Notes under the pieces: model-generated
Databases searched by the model: none
Told to the model about the DNA's origin: nothing
What the model saw: only the letters and a program-made list of their open reading frames with translations
Shown here: positions 1-10,976 of the stretch, one piece after another
Numbering within the stretch: the first letter of the stretch is position 1
How the letters are laid out: every line of letters starts with the position of its first letter
From: Guillardia theta CCMP2712
Lineage: Eukaryota; Protista; Cryptophyta
Assembly: GCF_000315625.1 (NCBI RefSeq)
Contig: NW_005434600.1
Span: forward strand, 14,352 to 52,452
Length of the DNA: 38,101 bases
Direction: 5' to 3'
Program-made: the position numbers and the translations under genes

Positions 1-60
1 GAGGAGAGGAGAGGAGAGGAGAGGAGAGGAGAGGAGAGGGGAGAGGAGAGGAGGGGAGGA
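1..60. repeat. (GGAGA)n microsatellite
   Basis: Read directly; the same motif recurs at ~25367-25436, ~26068-26108 and ~38000-38101. Confidence 0.95.
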
Positions 61-2823
61 GGAAGGAGTGAAGAAAGAACAAGAATGGAGACGAAGGTTG
101 GCGGCAGGTGGGATCGTCGATGAAACGGAGAAAGAAGGAGAATGAAGGACGGAGAGGTGAGAAAGGGAGGGAGGGAGGAGAGGGAGGGAGGGAGGTAGGG
201 AGGAGAGGGAGGGAGGGAGGGAGGGAGGGAGGGTTTGGTCACATTGATATCCGAGGGAGGTACAAGGTCGCATTTGTTGAGAATGATAACGTTGGCAAAT
301 TCAATCTTGAAGTCTGTTAGCAGAATAGAAATAACGCTCCTGCTCTTGCAACCCTCCTCCTGCATTCTCCAAATTTGTCGCTCCTCGATGTTTTTTGCTC
401 CTCTCGTCTCGGCTTCTTGCTCTCCTCGTCCTCCTCTCCCTCTTCCTCCTCGTCCTCGTCCTCGTCCTCCTCTCCCTCTTCCTCCTGCTCCTGCTTCTGC
501 TCCTACTCCTTCCCCTCCTCCTCCTCCTCTTCCTCTTCCTCACCTGGTCCACGAGAAGATCTGAGAGAGTCCTTTCATCGTCCTCTCCCGTTGCCATTTT
601 CCGGTCTCTGGATGCAGTTGGACAAGAATCAGAAGAAGGGACGGAGGAAGAAGAATGCGAGGGAGGAGGTAGAGAGGAAGGAGGGAGGGGGAGGAGGGAG
701 GAGGGAGGGAGGGAGGAGGGAGGGAAAGGAGGAAGGAGGGAGGGAGGAGGGAGAGGAAGGAGGAGGGGGGAGGTGGGGGGTGAAGGCGGGTGAGGGAAGG
801 CAGAATAAATCTCCCATCACTTGAGTTTTTCCCCGCAGCTAAAATCTTTGGAGAACTGAAACGCATCGACGACAGTGACCTGCAACAACAGAGGGAGGTG
901 AGGACGAAAAGAACACATTGATCACTTGTTAGGTGACAATGCAGTATGAGGAGGGAGGGAGGGAGGGAGGGAGGAGAGAAAAGGGATAAAATATCTCCAA
1001 AGAGGTCAGGGTGAGAAGAGAGTTCCTCACTAGGACAACAGGGCTTGGAAGGAGAATGTCAACAAACAAGAATTTCAACAGACAGCAGTCATGCAGTGGG
1101 GGAGAGATTTGTTGAGTGCCGTCTCAACATACCAAGGTGTCCAATCTTGCGATCTGAGACAGATTACGACCTTCCAAGTCTTGCATCATGAAACTTTGTG
1201 CAACCTGTTCGTTTCATCACCCCAACTAGGAGGAGCGAGACAGTGGACAGCAAAGAGACGGCAAGTCACCGGGAGAGGTTCGGAGATGCCGGTGCTCTCG
1301 ATGAGGAGGTATTGAAAGCGATTCTGCACAGAACTTCATCAGCGCTTTGAGGGAAACGAGTTTGAGCTGTTGGTCATGGAAGAGCGATGAGAAGCATCTC
1401 TCGAGGCAGCCTCTATCTCATCTTCAACTGCATCTGATTCTGATCTGATCTGATCTGATCTGATCTGATCTGATCTGATCTGATCTGATCTGATCTGATC
1501 ACTCCACCACAGCATGCACATGCGCTGTCACTGCTTGCACATGCGCTCTCACCTCAAATGCAATCCTCGACACTTCATGAATCAGATCCTGTTCATCCAT
1601 CAGTAACATTCATGAATCTAGCAGCTCAACACAGTCCATACTTGTCTTAATGTACAGCATATACATCCGTTGCTCAGTTCCACAAGATTTTCTTCAGTCC
1701 TTGTCACGCTCAAATTCGCGTTATCCACAATCCACCCATCAACATTGACGTCTGAAAGAGAACCAGAAAAGTTCGTCAAAGATGTCCAAGACATACAAAT
1801 AGAAAAGTTTGTACAAGACCGGAAAACAAAAAAGATTTAGTCTTTCCCACCTGCCATGTCGTTTACAATCACTGCAACCTTGTACCCAGAGGTGTTTAGA
1901 ATCAGATGCTTCAAAAGGGTTGTCTTTCCGGCCCCAAGAAATCCACTCAAGACTGTCACAGGGAGTTTCCCCCCTCCTGCTCATTGCAAACAGGTCACCG
2001 GGACAAGCTGTGATGTGTCAGCCAACACCTGACTCATCCTTCCTCTTTGTTGGGAGTCCGTTGGAGAGCGAGCGAGACTTTGGGATCGGAGTTGTTATGC
2101 ACAGTTACAACTTCAAAACACAATCACCAAAGAAGGATTCCCTTGGCTGTATCTGCGCATCTCCGCCAAGATCCGATCCCTGTCAGCGCCTTTCTCCATC
2201 TTGGAAACCTCCTCCTCCAGTGCCAGTAGGAGATCGCGATACAACATGCTCTCCCCATCCAGCTCGAGCGCACGCGCAGCAGACATCCATGATGAGAGAA
2301 ACAGATCGTGCACCGAAGAAATGTCTCCTCCTCCTCCTCCTCCTCCTCCTCCTCCTCCTCCTCCTCTCTCCTTCAACCTATCTTGGGTGTCAAGAGAAAA
2401 CATCATCTTCAACGACGCAACACCTCGATCGCGCCAGGTCCAGCAATGCCTGGCTCATGCGGAAATGTCCCTTTGCGAACGCTGGTCTGATCTTCACGCA
2501 CCTCTCTGCATCTTCGAGAGCCTGTTCCGCTCTCTGACAGCAACAACATCTGTCATCATGGAAGAACACAACCAAGTCGTACTCACCTCAAGCTCCACAA
2601 GACATGCAGACCTGTTGGAGAGTAGCTATCGGAGAATGAGAGTCACATAGAACACGATAGATCTTTCTGCCCACCTGAGCCAACAGTTCATCATCAGGTT
2701 CCTTGCTGATTCCCTGCGTGTACGCCTCCAGGGCTCCTTGCAGATCTCCCTTTCGCAGCCTTGCGTTTCCGTTCTCCTGAGTGAAATCAGGACATCACAC
2801 ACTTGTGTTGGACATCTTGTCAT
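1..2823 (-). CDS. Multi-exon TPR-domain + COG0523 (CobW/ZigA/ZNG1-like) G3E GTPase metallochaperone; 5' start uncertain, 3' end runs off the window
   Basis: Hand-spliced minus-strand exons. TPR part: [23 protein letters not shown] (~2700-2780), [12 protein letters not shown] (~2590-2625) and [33 protein letters not shown] (~2435-2535). GTPase part: [32 protein letters not shown] (~1852-1975), [19 protein letters not shown] (~1642-1752), [15 protein letters not shown] (~1268-1312), VTVVDA (~860-878), TLSDLLVDQ (~545-570) and [15 protein letters not shown] (~260-305). GT-AG introns keep the frame. Confidence 0.9.
1434..1500. repeat. (TGATC)n microsatellite in an intron of the COG0523 gene
   Basis: About 13 tandem TGATC units. 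Confidence 0.95.
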
Positions 2824-4479
2824 CTCCAGGGAAGCAGGCGAACGAGGGAGGGCATGGCAGATGAGACAAGAAAGTCGGTGACATCAGGTGGCATCATGAT
2901 TTCAGCTGTTTCTTTCTACACGACATGTCTCCTCTGCTTTCACACGAAGCTCTGAATGCCGTGTGCTTCATCATTCCCTTATCCTCTTGCCGTCCTTTCC
3001 TTTGTGTCTTGAGCGCTTCCCTTATTTTCTTCCCTCCCCTTCCCTTCTTTCGCCTTCCATTGCCTTCTCCACTCTTCTGTTCTCTGGTTGCCTTGCCTTG
3101 CCTTGCCTTGCCTTCTTCCCTCTCCTCCCGCTGCTGTTCTCTACCCTCTGCTCGGATCCACCATGCTCTCTTCGCCCCTCCATCTCCTCACCTTGTATCG
3201 CATCGCCTCCACCAACTCTCCCGCCATCCCGCATCAAGGCCGAATGTCCTGTAGGTGATTTGGGTCGCATTATTTTTCTGTGAAATTTATAGTTTTCCAC
3301 AGTAAAATGAGACTTCAACAATAAAATACAGAGTCTTCTGGATTCTGGTCAGAGCGGGGATGACGACAAAGAAATGAGGGGGATGATGAGTGGGTCATTG
3401 GGGGGAAGAGGGGCCCTTCTTCTCTATTTCGGGCGCCATGTTCGCTGTGTTGTCGCATTTCTCTATGCTCATCGACTGTCCATCGGGCACCATGCCGGAT
3501 CCAACGTGAGGCCTCATCCCCCCCCTCCTCCTCATATCCTGCCTTATGTTTGACCAAGAGATGTTCATGATGGAGCTCGATGGGTGATGGTTCAACACAT
3601 GAATCTGACCCCATCCATCCTGTTGAAAGTGTAGAATACTCAGACATGTTCGACTTAACGTGATTGTTGTTACGCGGTGTGTAAATATGTATTAGATGAG
3701 AGAGGTTCAATTGCAAGATGAGAAAGGTTCAAAAGGCATACAGCATGTAATGAAGTGATCATTGAATTCAAGCCAAGATGAAATGTCAAATTTCGCACAA
3801 TCAGCTCGTGCCCGTCTCCTCCTCAACTACNNNNNNNNNNNNNNNNNNNNNNNNNNNNNNNNNNNNNNNNNNNNNNNNNNNNNNNNNNNNNNNNNNNNNN
3901 NNNNNNNNNNNNNNNNNNNNNNNNNNNNNNNNNNNNNNNNNNNNNNNNNNNNNNNNNNNNNNNNNNNNNNNNNNNNNNNNNNNNNNNNNNNNNNNNNNNN
4001 NNNNNNNNNNNNNNNNNNNNNNNNNNNNNNNNNNNNNNNNNNNNNNNNNNNNNNNNNNNNNNNNNNNNNNNNNNNNNNNNNNNNNNNNNNNNNNNNNACC
4101 TCCGCCAGCTTTTCGTCGTCTCAACCTTTCTGGTGTAGGCACTATCCTTCCTCTCGCTGCGTTCTGCCTTCGGTTGCCAAGATGCTCCAAGGTGAAAGTC
4201 ATTCGAGGAGTGGTTTTTATTCGGCTGAATGTCTTGCCAACAGGAACTGGGGGCTCAGACAGTGCATCTGGTTTTTAGAACCACGACTGTCATATTCTTT
4301 CATTGTACTCGTAGGGTCAGCTCATTCTTCAGGATGGGAATGACGGAACTTGAATTTGTCTAGTTTACTTTGATACAGATCAAAGCACGTTCCCGTATAC
4401 CGTCAAGGGTGGTACAGTGGCACTGGCTGCTCAGAGAACCTGCTGGATCATCATAGCCTAGGGTAATGACCAGGGATAG

Positions 4480-7400
4480 CTATCCTTGGTCAATAGCATC
4501 TGCGGATTCAGGCACTTGTTTTGCTTCGGAGTGGCTCTCCTCCTCCCCGTGCAAAGCAAGGAGGTCACACCCGTCCCTCGTACGAGTCGAAGCCTCACCT
4601 TGTCTGCTGTTCACCCTGGCTCGCTCAGACTTGTCTGACTTGCACTCCGTTCGCAATGAGGGCGAGTCTGATCCCTTGGATGCTCTCCTTCTTTTTGATA
4701 AGCGAACTTCATCCTTTAATGCATCCTGGTGCATCGTCCGCAGACCAAAAGGATTCGTTGAAAGTCCAAGCTCCATCAGAATCAACACTCTGTACCTCTG
4801 AGCTCCCTGTACCACTCTGTGGAAAGTGTGCCAAGGTACGTCATCATTTTTCCTCCAGTGTAACAGCAACCAGCTCTCCTTCCCGCCACGAGGTAAAATC
4901 CGCTCACTCTCGAACTTTCTCAGCTTTGGTGCCATGAAAAACAGCAGGTCGTGCCCATGCCTAGATAACTTCTTCACAATCTTTTTCAGCTGCGATGCAC
5001 TAACCGCCTGTCTCCGGTTCTTGAACTCTGCACCTCCCGATTTTCTACTTCCATCCTGACCGACGGGACTGTAGAAGATTCCGTCCCGTCTCTGACTATT
5101 TTTGCAACGCATGTAGCAGCCGTACGCTGTACTTTCATTTACGTGCTCTTCACCAATGCGAAGGGGAACAAGGTTCGAGAAGCACGAAGTCAAGACTTGA
5201 CGAAATCCCTCTGCAGCTTCTTGATTCTGCACCCTCTCAAGAACGTTCATAACCTTGCTCTTTACCTCCCTTCCGCAATGAAAGCTGAGAGTTGAAAGAA
5301 TGTCGTCAGGATGACTCCAGCTTGTCAACATCACAACAACCCCCCCAAACGATTCCAGCAGGTTCCCGTCCCTTTGCATCGCGTCAACCGCTGTTGGGTC
5401 ATTTGAAGGTCTCGCAGCCTCTTCATGAATCCTCGTCAAGACCGCGAGACACGATCTCTCCTTGAAGGGCTTTCCTCCACCAGCGCTGACTGCCACAGTG
5501 ATGGGATCCAACAAGGAAGAAGCAAACTTGGAGGTCAAATGGTGAATGTCAAGGCCGTGCAGAAGAAGCTTGCCATCATTTGTTTGGCTCATTTCGACGA
5601 TAGACTGTGGACTACCACGTGCAGGGACTTCACCTCCTGGCCAAGCATTCAGGAGACCGAAGCCTTGTAAGATTTGTGTCTGAGACATGGCTTCGTGCGA
5701 TGCAATCTGGAACATAGAATACAAGGATGCGTCGTTGAGATTCTTCTTGTCGGATCGTAGACGCTGCAGAACATGATAAGCTAGGTTACGAAATAAAGTT
5801 GCAGGGTCTTCCACTGATATATCGACGTTCAATCCTTCCAAGAAAACATTGCATAACCATGGGTTCACGTTGTCGAGCAACAATGAGATCTTGCCCTCCC
5901 CAAACAGTCGCTTGAGAAGAATTCTCTGCTTCGCTGATCGTAGCATCATCGGAGGGAGGGCTCGATGGGTGACGCAGATGATGGTCTGCTTGTTCTTGCC
6001 TCGGCTGTCCAACGTCTGTCGCGTAGCTTCATTGAAATTCATCACCAGAGTGTTAGTTCCTAACATGATGCAATGAAAACCCGCATTACGGAGAATTCTT
6101 TTCAGGAAATCAAGTCTGTCCAATGCGCCAACAACACCGAAGCTGCTTTTCTTCTTCTCCCTCGGAATCGCTTCATCAACCATAACCCACAACTTCTGCT
6201 GCGACATCCAGGTCCTTGCTTGCTGCACTGTTACCTTGGCGGGCGTTGTGGTCTTGCCAAACAGATAGCCGAGCGTGCCAAGAACGTTCCAACTGTAGTC
6301 CTCCAGCTTGATCGATGAGATCTCCGTCGACTCACCTGACACGATCTTGAAGACATTGATACTGCGAAAATACTGTTGAAGGTCCAGATCGATAGCTGCA
6401 TTCATGATACACGTCAGGTCTTGTACTCTTGAATAGATTTCCTGTTCGTGGACGTATTCGAACACGAAGTATAGCGAGGTCGTCGGATGTCGAGAAAAGT
6501 AGTCTGCAGCGCACAGAGATTTCCCGCTTCCCGAGCATGCCTCGATCATACATGAAACTGTAACAACATTGTCATTGCTTGCAGCTGCCACTACTCTGTC
6601 GATAGGATTGAGATAGCTGAAATTACTGTTCCTTGGTTCAAGTACATTTTTGAGGTACTCCTTCAAGCCATTAGCTGCATCTTCCAGCGAAAGGCGTGAA
6701 AGGCGAAGCTTCGAAACCAAAGCGCTTAGCACTATCAAACAGCATTCCGTCAGCATCTTTATAAAAAAAACACCCGTTCTCAGACGGGGTTGGACAAAAT
6801 AATAACAGGAAGATTACCTTGGTTGTCCGTAGGAAAAGCTAACGATGCACGATAGCTCGCAAGTTCAGAATTATGGTGGTCCAAATCTTTCTGTGCCTGG
6901 AATATCAGCTCCTCGTCCCCGCTTGCACGTGCCTGTTCCAGCTTCGCCTTCGCCACCTCCACCTCCTCTGCCAGCTTCGCCTTCGCCACCTCCACCTCCC
7001 ACGCTGATATCAGCTCCTCGTCCCTGGTTGCCCGTGCCTGTTCCAGCTTCGCCTTCGCCACCTCCACCTCCCCCGCTGATATCAGCTTCTCGTCCCCGCT
7101 TGCCCGTGCCTGTTCCAGCTTCGCCTTCGCCACCTCCACCTCCCCCGCTGATATCAGCTTCTCGTCCCCGCTTGCACGTGCCTGTTCCAGCTTCGCCTTC
7201 GCCACCTCCAGCTCCCACGCTGATATCAGCTCCTTGTCCCTGGTTGCACGTGCCTGTTCCAGCTTCGCCTTCGCCACCTCCACCTCCTCTGCCAGCTTCG
7301 CCTTCGCCACCTCCACCTCCCCCGCTGATATCAGCTCCTTGTCCCCGCTTGCACGTGCCTGTTCCAGCTTCGCCTTCGCCACCTCCACCTCCCCCGCTGA

Positions 7401-7967
7401 TATCAGCTCCTTGTCCCTGGTTGCACGTGCCTGTTCCAGCTTCGCCTTCGCCACCTCCACCTCCTCTGCCAGCTTCGCCTTCGCCACCTCCACCTCCCCC
7501 GCTGATATCAGCTCCTTGTCCCTGGTTGCACGTGCCTGTTCCAGCTTCGCCTTCGCCACCTCCACCTCCCCCGCTGATATCAGCTCCTTGTCCCTGGTTG
7601 CACGTGCCTGTTCCAGCTTCGCCTTCGCCACCTCCACCTCCCACGCTGATATCAGCTTCTCGTCCCCGCTTGCACGTGCCTGTTCCAGCTTCGCCTTCGC
7701 CGCCTGCAGTTCGCTGTTTGAAGGATTATCTGCCCCTCCTTGTATTCGCAAACAAGAGGGTTGGGAAAGCAAGCCTATCCGACGAAGGTTTGGTTGAGAA
7801 AAGGGAACTGTCAATCTCTGCTGGCAAAACAAACGATCAGCGTCTCTCCTGCGGCAGATTCGGGGCATTCTACCTCTGCGCTTGAAATGACGATTGACCC
7901 CAAACATACCAACACACAACGTGTGTGGGTTGGTATGGCTCCCAAGCGATGGCGATCGATCCCGCAT
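4480..7967 (-). CDS. Helical-repeat + P-loop NTPase + PD-(D/E)XK-like nuclease protein (Crinkler/CR-effector-like), copy A; exons ~7967-6818 and 6731-4480
   Basis: A predicted GT-AG intron (6817-6732) joins the 395-aa repeat ORF in frame to the 758-aa ORF (..PTDNQ/VLSALVSK..). Walker A-like IEACSGSGKS, Walker B VMVDE and C-terminal RRDGIFY..GGAEFKNR are visible. The true start codon is uncertain. Confidence 0.75.
6903..7715 (-). repeat. Coding minisatellite: ten 72-bp units (EVEVAKAKLEQARA[TR/SG]D[KE/EK/EE]LISA[G/W]) plus three 33-bp units (EVEVAKAKLAE)
   Basis: Units counted from the translation of ORF 6780-7967. Confidence 0.95.
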
Positions 7968-8539
7968 GCCTTCTCCCGGTGGTGGAGTATCTTCTTCCCC
8001 TGAAGCAACGGGGTGGTCATGTTAGGATTCACCAAGAGAGCATCCGCAGCAGGTAAGAGCAGTTGAGCGTGATCAGCCTTGCTCTCACTCTACCAAGTGT
8101 TGAAATCGTGATGCGAGAAATATTCAATTCACCCATGATCTTTGTGAAATTTGAATGTGTTATACTAATGTTTAGTCAACCCAATCTCAATCTGAATTCC
8201 TAGCGGTTTTCGCTGCCTCCTCCGTTTCCTAGTGTCTTATTGAGGCGGGTTTGTCGGATTTATCCTCGTCCTCCTATGTTTGCTCCGGTTTGCCTTTTCT
8301 TTTCAGTCAATAAATATAAAAAAGGAATTTATTAATCAATTTTTTATTAATCAATTTTTTTCGTACCGTTACGGAGAAGAAGGGTGCCTTTGGGGAATGT
8401 GAAGAAGTAGAGCAAGATGTAAGGGGGCAGATAGAATCAGTAAGTGGAATCTGTAAGAGATTGGATGGGAAAGAGATTGGATCTGTAAGAGATTGGTCAA
8501 CCCGAAGACCTCCTCTTGGAGTTCTGTAAGCCAACTGAT

Positions 8540-9686
8540 TACTTTGCTGTGTGAGAAGAGAGCATGTTGCTTGTCAGCTTCGGAGTTGAGCACGAAATCG
8601 CAGTCCAACCCCTGAGAAGATCAAGAGTTGCTGGCAAGACGGGGGTTGGTTTCTTTGTACATGAGGAAATGCTCGCACCAGCAAATGTCTTCGTTGCTGA
8701 TAATGAAGCAAAAAGCTACTTGAAGTTTCAGTCAAACATGTCTCTAAGGTCTGGCGTCAGGCATGTTTACAGAAGGAACAACCACTCAAAGACTTTCGGT
8801 GGAAGATTGATACAACCATATATTGGAGTCCTACAAAGGTCTTCATAGATGAGGCGGCAGTAGGTGTCACGAAACTAAGCTCGGGAAAGGATGCAAATCC
8901 GTTGACGGAAGAGAATTACATAGGCATAAGAAGATAGGATCGTGGGCAGCCTGACATATGTCACATTGAGTTGGGATGTCATCTGTAGATCCGTGAATAC
9001 GGTTCAGATCCTGCTGCATGCAACACATCTGATGGCAAGATGATCATATGTTCGTTGGAGTTCCGAGCCTGGAGGATTTGAAACGCAACATTGCAGAAAA
9101 CAACGATTCAGTCGCAGGCATGCTGAAGGAGATTCCGGAGATAGGGCAACATGCGACAGAACACCAGGAACAGGAAGAGGAACCTGACCTCGGAGATGTA
9201 AAAGCTGGCGCACTGCTGAATCGGAGCACTGTACAGTGTGTCAATGGCGATCGAGCTGGCGTTCGTCACACTGTGACTCAGACTGATCAAGCTGATCTGA
9301 AAACGATTCGAATTTCTGGTGAAGCGAAATGTTTCAACAGTGCATGGAATCTGTATCACTCTGGCAAACATGCCAAAGGGATACCTCCTTCGGAGAAACT
9401 GCAACGAGCAAATTTTAACAGAGCATGAAGCAAATGGTTTGCAGGCATAGCTTATCTCATGAAGTGCTTTGACCAATTCATCCGGCGAAGTGTAATGGAA
9501 CTGAATTCCTTCTTTGATAGTCGGTGAGAATCTTTGATGTTTCAAGGCCAAGATGAAACATTCAAGAAATATCCAAAGGATTTCATCTCGTGGCTCAATC
9601 AGAGAGAAGGGGCAGAGAGCTCAAGTGATAGGAGTGGGCAGTTTGCACAGGCAACGTACTTCAAGAAAATGCGAAAGTGTGTTTGA
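8540..9686 (+). pseudogene. Degenerate, internally deleted Crypton-like tyrosine-recombinase transposon ORF
   Basis: Fragments across frames: SLRSGVRHVYRR (~8740), GVTKLSSGKDA (~8865), TYVTLSWDVICRSVNTVQILLH (~8954-9019; resembles the LSWNLMCR..N first catalytic Arg motif of stramenopile Cryptons) and AWNLYHSGKHAKGIPP (~9342-9390). Stops and frameshifts are present; no HxxR/Y region is seen. Confidence 0.6.
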
Positions 9687-9918
9687 GTCTTGGACCTCTG
9701 AGGCGGGTGTGTGAGTGTTTGAGGGTAGGGAGGGAGGGAGGGTGAGGTCCTAAACTGGTCTTTGGGTGGGGTAGGGGTCATATTCGGAAGGAGTTTATGT
9801 GAATTAGCACTAAACCTCTCAAAAAACTACAAAAGTGTATATATTTGTCCGGACTACATCTTATTACACCTCTAAACCTCTAAATTAGTGGTATGGTGCA
9901 CTGACAGAAAAGTTGCAA

Positions 9919-10618
9919 AATTTTAATGATTGACAGTGCAACGTGCAATGTACCGGTACTATCCAGCCCATTGGATCGGCAGGGGTACTGCATTCAATGC
10001 AATCCAGCAGAGCAAATGATGCCATGTTGCAGGAGCGACAACGACGACAAGAAAGGGCATTTGACCTAATAGAGAACAAAGTCATCGCTGATAGTACGAA
10101 GAAAGTTTACCGATGCAAGATCAATAGGATCGTGCGTCTGTTACTGAAAGTGAACCCCAGGGCTGTCGACGAGGACGGCGAATTGATACTCCCAAAGGCA
10201 TGGAAAGATTTGAAGAGTTTGTTTGGAGACCTTGTCACCAATACTGACTTACCAAAATCTAGAAGGAGAAGAGGAGGTCAAGAGCAGGAAGAGCAGGAAG
10301 AGCAGGAAGAGCAGGAAGAGCAGGAAGAGCAGGAAGAGCAGAAAGAGCAGGAAGAGCAGGAAGAGCAGGAAGAGCAGGAAGACGAAGATCAGGATTTTAT
10401 TTTCCCTCAGAAGACGCCGTGCAAAAGTATGTGGCAGAAATGGCACCTAGGGCAAGAGGAGAAGATTAATGGAGAATGGAAGCGTATTGGTCCACTCAAA
10501 GCTTTGCACAATTATTTTGACAAAATAACGTTGTGAATGCAGTACCACCCACTCCTGCCCATCCAATGGGCTGGATAGTACCGGTACATTGCACGTTGCA
10601 CTGTCAATCATTAAAATT
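9919..10618 (+). mobile_element. 700-bp unit bounded by ~80-bp inverted repeats, carrying a deleted Crypton-like ORF (9943/9997-10536)
   Basis: IRs at 9919-9996 and 10534-10618. The ORF has IADSTKKVYRCKINRI..DGELILP..LFG fused through a (QEE)n tract to DFIFPQKTPCKSMWQKWHLG..IGPLKAL. No TSD is visible. Confidence 0.6.
10279..10382 (+). repeat. (GAAGAGCAG)n coding repeat, about 11 units
   Basis: Read directly. Confidence 0.95.
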
Positions 10619-10976
10619 CGCTCAGCTACACGTCGCACCAACATCCGTGGTCGCCCTCTGCGGATAGTGGGGACCTCCGAGTCAGCCTGCACGGGCGGCA
10701 CGGCAACGGCGAGCCGCTGAGCAGTGGAGGCTCTCCTGTTAGTTCAGAGATTGTATCACCCTCTGGTGGTCACAGTGGTGGAGGCCGCCGGGGCGGCAAT
10801 GGTCGAGGGCGTGTAGGGACTGGCCGTTCCCATCGAAATTTCAGACAGACGTGCCAGTATCAGCACTGCCTCTTTGCACACAGCTCCTCCATCCGCATGT
10901 TGAGGAATTGATGGAATGGCTGTTTTCCCACGTTGCTCACACTCACAGCTGGTGTATCCTTCCGAATCAACATATT

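Larger units (their letters stand above)
3484..8363 (-). repeat. Left arm of a large inverted duplication (pairs with 12293-16953)
   Basis: 4098-8363 is the near-identical reverse complement of 12293-16132, and 3484-3535 matches 16902-16953. An N gap lies at 3831-4097. Confidence 0.95.

Noticed and set aside
108-866. Arg/Ser/Leu/Pro-rich ORFs (an apparent SR-like protein)
   Set aside because: They are translations of intronic (CCT)n/(GGA)n tracts inside the COG0523 gene.
3762-4343. ORFs spanning the N gap
   Set aside because: They are open only because of the Ns.
6845-7885. Pro-rich extensin-like, Gly-rich and Ser-rich ORFs; also considered as a CRISPR-like array
   Set aside because: These are alternative frames of the 72-bp coding minisatellite. 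The units are contiguous with no unique spacers, and no cas genes are present.
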